Below are positions 16,458 through 23,566 of a DNA stretch of 28,249 bases, in pieces. The DNA lies in the IMG/VR virus record IMGVR_UViG_3300023314_000008, positions 1-28,249 of that record; one strand, 5' to 3'. Below the pieces are notes generated by a model. The model was not told the DNA's origin, ran no database searches, and was given only the letters and a program-made list of their open reading frames with translations. The position numbers and the translations under genes are program-made. How positions within the stretch are numbered: the stretch's first letter is position 1; every line of letters begins with the position of its first letter. Source of the stretch: a virus (lineage: Duplodnaviria; Caudoviricetes).

Positions 16458-16972
16458 TATACTATTTTTAATATTGCTATTTTGTTGACTACTTTTTGTT
16501 GGGATTCTTGCCAGTCATCCTTTATCCTCTGCATTATTTTCATGGATGCAGGATAATACATATCATTATTAAATGGTTCAGAACCATGAGGGTTTTCAGT
16601 CAACCATCCTTTAGACCTTATTAGCGACAAAAAACTTTCGATTGGAGTACAAGCAGCAGAAGAAACTCTATGGATTGGATCTAGATAGTTTCTATAATAC
16701 CTGAAATGTTTACCTAAATAAAGTCTAACTATTTTACGGGCGACATCCTCGCTCACCTCATCCAATAGACCGCTGTACATGATTTCGTAGTTGTTGGGAG
16801 GTATATCAACGGTTTCAGAATTAGGTAAACCTCTAAAATTACCATTAATGAATTGTAACATTTGAGAATATGGAATGGTTGATTGGTTAGTTTCCAATGT
16901 TATATATTCCGCTTCATTTGGCAAAGCTAATATCAAATATTCAGCAGAGCCTTGTTTGTGGGTGAAGTACAT
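16457..16972 (-). CDS. Hypothetical phage protein
   Basis: 171 aa, TAATG-coupled on both sides. Confidence 0.7.
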   Translation of the reverse strand: MYFTHKQGSAEYLILALPNEAEYITLETNQSTIPYSQMLQFINGNFRGLPNSETVDIPPNNYEIMYSGLLDEVSEDVARKIVRLYLGKHFRYYRNYLDPIHRVSSAACTPIESFLSLIRSKGWLTENPHGSEPFNNDMYYPASMKIMQRIKDDWQESQQKVVNKIAILKIV

Positions 16973-17445
16973 TATTTGTTTATGAATTTAAAACCACGAA
17001 TTAATTCTTTTGAACTATCATACAAATCAATTGCCCATTCTTGAATTTTGATTTTTTCAATTTTATCTATGCTCCGTTGGTCTTTCAAAAATTCACCCAT
17101 GTGAAGATGTCTTGCCATTAAAGTATTAAACCAATGTGAAGAACCAATCGAAGAACCTGTAGATGTTCTTCTTTCTTCTGAAATGAGAACTAATCCTAAA
17201 AACAAAAGTTTATCCTCAAACTCTTTCACACTTTCAAAAGGAATTGATGTTGAATATTCTTTTTTTGTTCCTGGGAAATTGTCTATAAATAATCTAATCT
17301 CCCAAGGTTGTTTTTTAAAGTAAAATATTTCACCAACATCTCCTTTATCTGCTGAGACAATATATCTAACTGCATTATCGTGACTTTCAGCTATTCGAAC
17401 GTTATCGTATTGCTGATCTAAAGTTGTTATGTCAAAGTTTTTCAT
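16972..17445 (-). CDS. Hypothetical phage protein
   Basis: 157-aa ORF in the minus operon. Confidence 0.7.
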   Translation of the reverse strand: MKNFDITTLDQQYDNVRIAESHDNAVRYIVSADKGDVGEIFYFKKQPWEIRLFIDNFPGTKKEYSTSIPFESVKEFEDKLLFLGLVLISEERRTSTGSSIGSSHWFNTLMARHLHMGEFLKDQRSIDKIEKIKIQEWAIDLYDSSKELIRGFKFINK

Positions 17446-17469
17446 AATCTTAGTTGTGGTTAATTGTTT

Positions 17470-17565
17470 TTAAAATGAATTGTTTGAATTTCTGATCATC
17501 GACCGACTAAACACGCCCAACATGATAACCATTATGATGCAGGGGATTAGTAATAAATAAGTCAT
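17470..17565 (-). CDS. Possible 31-aa hydrophobic peptide
   Basis: MTYLLLIPCIIMVIMLGVFSRS..., TAATG-coupled. Confidence 0.35.
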   Translation of the reverse strand: MTYLLLIPCIIMVIMLGVFSRSMIRNSNNSF

Positions 17566-17840
17566 TAATCTATCTTTTTAGCGTATTGAAAAACTAATTT
17601 ATTTGCAACATGATTGAAATCTAAGTTATTTAGATCATCTCCCGTAATTTCATTATACACATAATTTGGCGCCATGTTAGCTAAAGCATGAAAAAAATGA
17701 GTTAAATTATCAGATTCTTTTAACTCGTCCATTCCAATAAAATTGTCGTTATCTTGATCGAAAACTCCTTGAATTGCCGAAAGTAACTTAATAGTGTACT
17801 GATTTTGTTTATCTTCTTGAGCCATGTTATTTATCTTCAA
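17565..17840 (-). CDS. Hypothetical acidic protein (may start at 17825)
   Basis: 91-aa ORF following the RHH gene. Confidence 0.65.
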   Translation of the reverse strand: MKINNMAQEDKQNQYTIKLLSAIQGVFDQDNDNFIGMDELKESDNLTHFFHALANMAPNYVYNEITGDDLNNLDFNHVANKLVFQYAKKID

Positions 17841-17985
17841 AGGTTAAACCATCCTTTTTTAAATCAGCTTTTATAAGCGTTTCTACGTACGCAGAAAATC
17901 CACCTCTAATTCCTTTGTCTCTAGCTTTTTCTTGTCCCGCTTTTTTGACCTTGTCATTAAGCGAAATAGTAGTGTTTGAAATCAT
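17827..17985 (-). CDS. Ribbon-helix-helix (Arc/CopG-like) transcriptional regulator
   Basis: NTTISLNDKVKKAGQEKA...GFSAYVETLIKADL fits the beta-alpha-alpha pattern. ATG 17985 lies 4 nt after TATGTTTG. Confidence 0.6.
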   Translation of the reverse strand: MISNTTISLNDKVKKAGQEKARDKGIRGGFSAYVETLIKADLKKDGLTFEDK

Positions 17986-17989
17986 AACG

Positions 17990-18098
17990 CAAACATATAT
18001 TAAATAAATCATACTAACAAGAAAAATAATAAATAATATTATTTACATAAAATATATTTAAAAACATTTGGTAATATCAAACTAACTCCGTAACATTG
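17990..18098. promoter_or_regulatory. Divergent early control region
   Basis: Leftward TATGTTTG (17997-90); rightward TTTG (18067-70)-N20-TAACATTG (18091-98); 16-bp palindrome TAAATAATATTATTTA (18030-45). Confidence 0.6.
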
Positions 18099-18117
18099 CT
18101 TAACAAAAACAAACAAC

Positions 18118-18285
18118 ATGAAAAAAATAATTGAGCAACTAGAGGAGATAGCTTTAAATATCAGATATGATATAAAACAAGATTGGAATGAAAATAAATT
18201 TCAAGATGCAATACAGGTTTCTAAAATAGAAAGCGCAATTGCATTGTTAACTAGTGTTGGCAAAAACAACAATATAGCTGATTAA
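18118..18285 (+). CDS. Hypothetical 55-aa protein
   Basis: First ORF after the rightward promoter, with an A-rich leader. Confidence 0.55.
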   Translation: MKKIIEQLEEIALNIRYDIKQDWNENKFQDAIQVSKIESAIALLTSVGKNNNIAD

Positions 18286-18286
18286 C

Positions 18287-18586
18287 ATGATCGCACTAAA
18301 CCACACGCAGCAAACAGGTGACCTAATTGAATACGTAGACCATAAAGGAGATATAGTTAAATCTTACCATATTTCCGCCCTTGAGCAATTCGTTTACGAG
18401 CATGGCATGAACGTAATGTGTTTAAATCCTGCAACTCCAGAAGACGGGGAAACAACGGAAATTACAGTTGATCAGTACATAGACCAAAATTGGGTAATTG
18501 CAACCTCATCTTTCTGGAACGATAAAAACCCATCAAAACATCTTGCAAAAAATACCTCACAAGAAACCAATAGAGATTTGAAATAA
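18287..18586 (+). CDS. Hypothetical protein
   Basis: Operon packing. Confidence 0.65.
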   Translation: MIALNHTQQTGDLIEYVDHKGDIVKSYHISALEQFVYEHGMNVMCLNPATPEDGETTEITVDQYIDQNWVIATSSFWNDKNPSKHLAKNTSQETNRDLK

Positions 18587-18587
18587 T

Positions 18588-18800
18588 ATGAAAAAGCACG
18601 AAATTGATGTTAAAGATTTAATTGATTGGAAAGAAGATATCGAAAAATCAAGAATGTTATTTGCATCTCATATAGGCATGGGACAAAATAAAAAACTTTA
18701 TGCAACACTAAGCGGAGGTTTTCAGGTTGAGCATCATGGCGAGATAGTTTTTGTTTGCATGCAACCTTTTCAAGCGGTAGAAAAATACAACTCACTATAA
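18588..18800 (+). CDS. Hypothetical protein
   Basis: Operon packing. Confidence 0.65.
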   Translation: MKKHEIDVKDLIDWKEDIEKSRMLFASHIGMGQNKKLYATLSGGFQVEHHGEIVFVCMQPFQAVEKYNSL

Positions 18801-18809
18801 ACAATTAAA

Positions 18810-18977
18810 ATGGAAAAGCTTAAAAAAAGAATAGAGGCAAAGATTGCCGAAAATAATAAAGAGCAAAACAAAGCTATTGCTTTGTCTAATTGGGACAAGG
18901 CTGCGGAACTTGCATTCAAGAATACCGCTTTATTGGAAACGCTTTTAATGATAGGAGATGTTGAAAATGGCAATTGA
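18810..18977 (+). CDS. Hypothetical 55-aa helical protein
   Basis: MEKLKKRIEAKIAENNKEQNKAIALSNWDKAAELAF...; fills the gap. Confidence 0.5.
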   Translation: MEKLKKRIEAKIAENNKEQNKAIALSNWDKAAELAFKNTALLETLLMIGDVENGN

Positions 18978-19155
18978 TGAATGCAATACTCCACAAGAAG
19001 TTGCTCAATGGGTTATAGATAATCGATACCCAAAATCAGAAAATAATAAAGTAAATGATTTTGAACTATATCATTTACTTAGTGATAAAATTAACAATAT
19101 GTTGAACAAACAATTTATGGAGTTAACATATCCACACATTGACGGTAAAAACTAA
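18958..19155 (+). CDS. Hypothetical protein (may start at 18967)
   Basis: Operon packing. Confidence 0.55.
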   Translation: MLKMAIDECNTPQEVAQWVIDNRYPKSENNKVNDFELYHLLSDKINNMLNKQFMELTYPHIDGKN

Positions 19156-19166
19156 ACCAAAATAAG

Positions 19167-19355
19167 ATGAGCGAAGTTTTATATATAGAAAAGGCAGATG
19201 GACATATAGCTTTTTGTAAAAAAAGAGATGATGAAACATTATGCGTATCCACTACATTTCAAGAGTTTGGAGAAGATTATGATAATGACTTTCTAATCAC
19301 TAAATCAGAAGCACAACAAATCATTAACCACTTAAAAGAACAATTCGATTTATGA
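19167..19355 (+). CDS. Hypothetical protein
   Basis: Operon packing. Confidence 0.6.
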   Translation: MSEVLYIEKADGHIAFCKKRDDETLCVSTTFQEFGEDYDNDFLITKSEAQQIINHLKEQFDL

Positions 19356-19504
19356 AAGATTTATTCACAAACCGTTTCAAAGAACAGCCTAAGCCGGTAG
19401 AGGTTAAGCCACCAAGTAAATTAGCAGATAAGCTATTTGAGATTGCATTTGTCGCATTCGTTCTGCTTTCATCAAGTGTTGCACTTTATATATTTTTAAG
19501 ATGA
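19352..19504 (+). CDS. 50-aa protein with a C-terminal TM helix
   Basis: ...LFEIAFVAFVLLSSSVALYIFLR; ATGA overlaps. Confidence 0.5.
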   Translation: MKDLFTNRFKEQPKPVEVKPPSKLADKLFEIAFVAFVLLSSSVALYIFLR

Positions 19505-19620
19505 TGTGGCAATCACAAAAAGCATACTTCGACCGTAGAAAGTCTAGGTCAAGACAGGATTTATACGCTTACATATTTTTCCTGGTTATGGGGATATTGG
19601 CAGCGGTTTACCTAACCTAA
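19501..19620 (+). CDS. 39-aa protein with a C-terminal TM helix
   Basis: ...DLYAYIFFLVMGILAAVYLT; ATGA overlap. Confidence 0.45.
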   Translation: MMWQSQKAYFDRRKSRSRQDLYAYIFFLVMGILAAVYLT

Positions 19621-19670
19621 TTGTTACAAATATACCGGCTAACAACCCGTATATTTACACTAGAAGTTTA

Positions 19671-19744
19671 GTAGCGCACACTACAATAATAACTTAAAAA
19701 CATTGGGGCTAGATTGGTTGTGCGACCTTTCGAACCCCATTTTT
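19671..19744 (+). ncRNA. Structured 5' leader of the YopX gene: kissing hairpins/terminator
   Basis: After TATATTTA (19650-57): GUAG-[CGCACA]-CUAC, then UGGGG-CUAGAUU-GGU-[UGUGCG]-ACC-UUUCGAA-CCCCA-UUUUU. The loops are fully complementary. Confidence 0.6.
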
Positions 19745-19750
19745 ATTTTT

Positions 19751-20200
19751 ATGAGCAGAGAGATTAAGTTTAGAGTTTGGGAAAAGGGAACGAAAAATCT
19801 ATTGGGATATGAAAATTTTAATACTCCATTTAACAACGGATATTTCTACGTTGATTTATCCGAACTGAATAATAATCAAGATGAGGGAGAATTAGTTTGT
19901 CATTCCGAATTTCATAATCCTCCGATGTTAAGGCCTAAAGGCTTAAATCAATTATTCAGAGAACAGTTTATAGGATTAAACGATAAGAGCGGAAGGCAAA
20001 TTTATGAAGGTGATATTTTAGAGTGTAAAAATTGGGAGCCTCAAAAATATAAGATAGAATTTATAGAAGGGGCTTTTTGCCTTACGAATCCTTTGGTAAG
20101 TATGCCAACTGATGTAACATTTCTTGAAGACAGCACAGGAAAACATTTTGAAATAATCGGAAACATTCACCAAAACCCTGAACTTCTAACCCAACATTAA
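19751..20200 (+). CDS. YopX family protein
   Basis: MSREIKFRVW...QFIGLNDKSGRQIYEGDIL...FEIIGNIHQNPELL. True start is ATG 19751. Confidence 0.9.
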   Translation: MSREIKFRVWEKGTKNLLGYENFNTPFNNGYFYVDLSELNNNQDEGELVCHSEFHNPPMLRPKGLNQLFREQFIGLNDKSGRQIYEGDILECKNWEPQKYKIEFIEGAFCLTNPLVSMPTDVTFLEDSTGKHFEIIGNIHQNPELLTQH

Positions 20201-20219
20201 CCGATAACAACATAAGATT

Positions 20220-20477
20220 ATGGCACGTAAAAAAATGCACTACAAAATCGATTACCTCTGTGATGAGATACGATGCATTTTAGATCGTAACGAAATTATG
20301 ATCATTGAAGAATGTGATATCCAATATGGATTTCAAATCAAAACAGATATCGGAGCAGTAATTAATATTTATGTTACTGGTAAGATTTATGTATCTGGAG
20401 ATTATTATGCTTCACAAAGAATAAGAAAACACTTTTTAGATTTAGAAGTTGAAAAATTTCTTGATTGGACTAGATAA
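20220..20477 (+). CDS. Small protein resembling a TBP-like (RNase HIII N-terminal type) module
   Basis: IQYGFQI....GAVINIY.TGKIYVSG pattern. Confidence 0.4.
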   Translation: MARKKMHYKIDYLCDEIRCILDRNEIMIIEECDIQYGFQIKTDIGAVINIYVTGKIYVSGDYYASQRIRKHFLDLEVEKFLDWTR

Positions 20478-20494
20478 ATTAAATTTAAAAAACA

Positions 20495-21019
20495 ATGAAA
20501 GAAACAAACATCGATTGCAGAAAGTATCGCAAGTCAACACATTTGGCTGCTGCGGATTTAGATGCAATGACGGTAGAGGGTAAATCAATGGTTTACACTA
20601 TCAAAGAAGCGTGGTACGACACAAAAGTTGACGTAAGCGGAGAAAAGACAGATGGTTATTTTTGTTCTTTTGTAGAGCCAATAAAGGATATGGTTCTTAA
20701 TTCAACCAATCGTAAAATCATAGCTGGATTTGCTGGCCAAAAAGGATATGATGAAATTGCCAGATGGAATATCGGTAATTGGTCGGGAATAAAGGTCGAG
20801 TTTTATGTATTGCGCGATATCAAGGCATTTGGTAAGGTTCAGGACGGTATCAGGATTAAACCTATAATGCCAGAAGATAAACCAAAACCTTTCTTTACTG
20901 AAGCTAATTTCGAAAAGGCTTGTGAAAAGAAAGTAACGATCGATCAGATCAAAACAATTTACCAGATTACTCCAGATATGGAAATTTTATATAAAGACTA
21001 TGTTGACGCTAGAGCATAA
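20495..21019 (+). CDS. Phage protein, candidate recombination (single-strand annealing) partner of the exonuclease
   Basis: Overlaps the YqaJ-type gene. LN.TN.K.I...W.G....Y....AFG....GIRI motif. Function is positional only. Confidence 0.45.
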   Translation: MKETNIDCRKYRKSTHLAAADLDAMTVEGKSMVYTIKEAWYDTKVDVSGEKTDGYFCSFVEPIKDMVLNSTNRKIIAGFAGQKGYDEIARWNIGNWSGIKVEFYVLRDIKAFGKVQDGIRIKPIMPEDKPKPFFTEANFEKACEKKVTIDQIKTIYQITPDMEILYKDYVDARA

Positions 21020-21614
21020 ATTGCAACGCAAGGGGAAAGCGACCTCATCCGATATACACAAGATCATGGGTATTCAGGGACTAAATAAAATGGGCGATAC
21101 ATACGCATTGGAAAAGGCAATTGAAATTGTTTTCGGTATTGATCAGGAAGATGATTTCGAAAGCTATGATATGAAGATTGGTTCGGAAAGAGAGCCTTTG
21201 AACTTCGATATTTTCAAGCGTAAAATGGAACTTGAATTTAATAAAGTTGAACCGGCTAAATTCTTTGAGTTGGGTTTGAATACAGGAAGTACTCCAGATG
21301 GCATTGTAAATGGAAAGGATCCTTTAGAGTGTAAATGCCAATCATCAGACCATTACTTTAAGTTGCTTCGTTACGGTGTTGATTACATAGATCCCAAATG
21401 GATTTTTCAGATGCAACACCAAATGTTGGTATTGGGTTCTGATAAAGCATATTTCAGTCCCTTTACAATTTTCAATTCATTGCCTTATCAGCACGATTAC
21501 ATTATTCCGAGGGATAATAAAGTAACCGATTTAATGATTAAACGTATTGATGAATGGGCAAAATTGCGGGATCAGCATGTAGAAATTTTGTTAACCAAAA
21601 AGCAAGCTTTATGA
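21000..21614 (+). CDS. YqaJ/lambda-exonuclease family nuclease
   Basis: R.GK.T.S, M..G.EREP, GSTPDG, LECKC, W.FQMQHQM.V. Confidence 0.88.
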   Translation: MLTLEHKLQRKGKATSSDIHKIMGIQGLNKMGDTYALEKAIEIVFGIDQEDDFESYDMKIGSEREPLNFDIFKRKMELEFNKVEPAKFFELGLNTGSTPDGIVNGKDPLECKCQSSDHYFKLLRYGVDYIDPKWIFQMQHQMLVLGSDKAYFSPFTIFNSLPYQHDYIIPRDNKVTDLMIKRIDEWAKLRDQHVEILLTKKQAL

Positions 21615-21712
21615 CCTCAGAAGAAATAAAAGCATTTCTGCTTACCATCCGTCCAGAAAAATTCGAGACTCCCAAAGCATTGTTGGACTATATTAACGAA
21701 ACGATAAAATGA
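21611..21712 (+). CDS. Possible 33-aa protein
   Basis: ATGA overlaps at both ends. Confidence 0.4.
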   Translation: MTSEEIKAFLLTIRPEKFETPKALLDYINETIK

Positions 21713-22047
21713 AAGCAGGAAAAGACAGCTTAGTTTACATTCAAAAGAATTGGCTAAAACAGACAGATCAAGAAATGGGTGAAGCTTTAGGACTTCAGGT
21801 AAACACTATTTACAACTACAGGCATTTTCTAAAGTTATCCAGGATCAAGAAAAAGCCACTCGACAAAAAATTGGTTGCGTTTGTTCTAGAACGTTATGTT
21901 AACAGAACGCCGTTAAAAATCATCGCCGAAAGATTGGGAATATCCGGTTTTCAGGTAGGCAAGATTTTATCTGCTCATTACTTTACCAAGAAACGTTCTT
22001 ACGATACGGTTACATTGGTACTAGATAGCAAAATTAACTATGACTGA
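21709..22047 (+). CDS. DNA-binding protein with two HTH-like repeats
   Basis: TDQEMGEALGLQVNTIYNYR and PLKIIAERLGISGFQVGKIL. Confidence 0.65.
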   Translation: MKAGKDSLVYIQKNWLKQTDQEMGEALGLQVNTIYNYRHFLKLSRIKKKPLDKKLVAFVLERYVNRTPLKIIAERLGISGFQVGKILSAHYFTKKRSYDTVTLVLDSKINYD

Positions 22048-22174
22048 GGGAATACACAAGCGTGAATATTACCTTGCGCTAGTCTACCGTAAATTAGGCA
22101 TGCACGATCAGCTCAAGCAACGTTGGGAGCGTATCGGTTACAAGCCAAAAGAAATACAGTTAAAATTATTTTAG
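22040..22174 (+). CDS. 44-aa protein ending in QLKLF
   Basis: Hand translation MTEGIHKREYYLALVYRKLG...KEIQLKLF; overlaps the upstream stop. Confidence 0.5.
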   Translation: MTEGIHKREYYLALVYRKLGMHDQLKQRWERIGYKPKEIQLKLF

Positions 22175-22188
22175 GGAATAGTTGGTTA

Positions 22189-22212
22189 TTTAATAAAAAT
22201 TAAATATATTTG
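22189..22212 (+). promoter_or_regulatory. Promoter -7 element with an adjacent palindromic operator
   Basis: TTTAAT-AAAA-ATTAAA (22189-204) abuts TATATTTG (22205-12). Confidence 0.6.
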
Positions 22213-22215
22213 AAT

Positions 22216-22383
22216 ATGAATTTAAGGGAAAAAATTAAGGCCAGTGGTTTAAAGCAAAAATTTATTGCAGAAAAACTAGGTATTTCCGAAGCTCATTTAA
22301 CAATGATGCTAAATGGTAAAGCTACCATGCCTGAATTTATAAGGAATAATTTAAACACGTTGCTTAAACTGGTAACGGTTTAA
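22216..22383 (+). CDS. Cro/XRE-type HTH regulator (55 aa)
   Basis: LREKIKASGLKQKFIAEKLGISEAHLTMMLNGK. Not in the ORF track. Confidence 0.8.
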   Translation: MNLREKIKASGLKQKFIAEKLGISEAHLTMMLNGKATMPEFIRNNLNTLLKLVTV

Positions 22384-22402
22384 TTTTTTTAGGCTGTAAT
22401 AT

Positions 22403-22418
22403 TTTAATAAAAATTAAA
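22403..22418 (+). promoter_or_regulatory. Second identical operator-like palindrome
   Basis: TTTAATAAAAATTAAA, an exact copy of 22189-204. Confidence 0.5.
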
Positions 22419-22419
22419 A

Positions 22420-22923
22420 ATGAAAGAACTAATACCATTAGATACCTTTTACGATAGCAGATATTTTAGGAGTAGAACCGAAGCGAGGTGGGCTGTTTTT
22501 TTTAATTCGTTAGGTTGGGCTTATGATTACGAATTAGAAGGATATGAGCTTAAAAGCGGGTTTTATTTACCAGATTTATATTTTAAAGATATAAATGTTT
22601 GGGCCGAGGTAAAACCATTTGAATTAACAGATTCGGAATTACAAAAATGCAAAGACCTTTCATTGAAAATGAATTCAAACGAATGCGGTATCGATGTTAT
22701 GCTATTGGAGGGAACTCCAGGATATAAAACAATTAGAACAATATCAAATGGCCAATTTTCATTCAATGTGATTCCAGTAGATCCAACCCATAGGAGCTAT
22801 CCTTTTTATACGTCTGATAAATTCGACTACAAAAATACTTCCTTGTCACAAACTAGAAGTGCCATAATCGATGCGTTGTCTATTCGTTTTGAATTTGAAT
22901 GGAAGGAGCGTAAAAATGGCTGA
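22420..22923 (+). CDS. PD-(D/E)xK-family nuclease-like phage protein
   Basis: FRSRTEARWAVFF...YE.EG.....YLPD........WAEVK. Confidence 0.75.
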   Translation: MKELIPLDTFYDSRYFRSRTEARWAVFFNSLGWAYDYELEGYELKSGFYLPDLYFKDINVWAEVKPFELTDSELQKCKDLSLKMNSNECGIDVMLLEGTPGYKTIRTISNGQFSFNVIPVDPTHRSYPFYTSDKFDYKNTSLSQTRSAIIDALSIRFEFEWKERKNG

Positions 22924-23566
22924 AGATAAAAATGGTGTTGTTGTTTATGCCAGTTGGATAAAAAAATTTGAAGAGCTTGAAGATGATGAGGCTGGACGTT
23001 TGATTAAACATTTCTTTAGGTATGTAAATGACCTTAATCCAGTAGCTCCTGATAGGACAACTAAATTAATGTTCATTGATATTGAAGATACTTTAAAACG
23101 TGACTTGATTAAGTGGGAGAAAAGAGCAGAACGAAGCAGGGAAAACGGGAATAAAGGAGGTAGACCTTCTAATAAAGAAAACCCAAAAAAACCTACAGAA
23201 ACCCAACAGGTTATTTTAGAACCCAAAAAACCTGTTAATGTTAATGTTAATGTAAGTGTTAATGCTGATGAAATTATACAAAGTATAATTAAGTTTTTCA
23301 ATTTTACTGAGACTGCAAATTTTGACAAAATGAGAGATAGCGGAATCTTTGTAAAGCTATTGATACATACAGGACAAATATCAAATTTTATCGTTCAATT
23401 TGAGGCATACAAAAAAATAAAAATGGCCAATCCGAAATTTACCCACTCTTTCAAAAACTTTATCGGTACAGCTAAAGAGCAGTTTTTAGATGGCGCTTGG
23501 AATTCTGAAAATTGGGTTGCTAAGGTAACTTTACCAAAATCGACAAGGAGCGATTTTGTATTCTAA
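22916..23566 (+). CDS. Replication initiator / replisome organiser (DUF6291-like N-terminus)
   Basis: L.D.EAGRL....F.Y and R.NG.KGGRP, a low-complexity linker, and coupling to the primase-helicase. Start ATG 22916 is preferred. Confidence 0.7.
   Translation: MAEDKNGVVVYASWIKKFEELEDDEAGRLIKHFFRYVNDLNPVAPDRTTKLMFIDIEDTLKRDLIKWEKRAERSRENGNKGGRPSNKENPKKPTETQQVILEPKKPVNVNVNVSVNADEIIQSIIKFFNFTETANFDKMRDSGIFVKLLIHTGQISNFIVQFEAYKKIKMANPKFTHSFKNFIGTAKEQFLDGAWNSENWVAKVTLPKSTRSDFVF
23180..23264 (+). repeat. Probable replication origin: iterons plus (TGTTAA)n
   Basis: AACCCAA at 23180, 23200 and 23220; AACCT at 23190 and 23229; then TGTTAA repeats. All lie inside the initiator gene. Confidence 0.55.

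Noticed and set aside
19703-19750. TTG-start N-terminal extension of YopX
   Set aside because: It coincides with the leader hairpin, and the YopX signature MSREIKFR begins at 19751.
23180-23264. CRISPR-like or VNTR array
   Set aside because: The units are only 5-7 bp, lie inside a CDS and have no spacers of CRISPR size. An origin explains them better.
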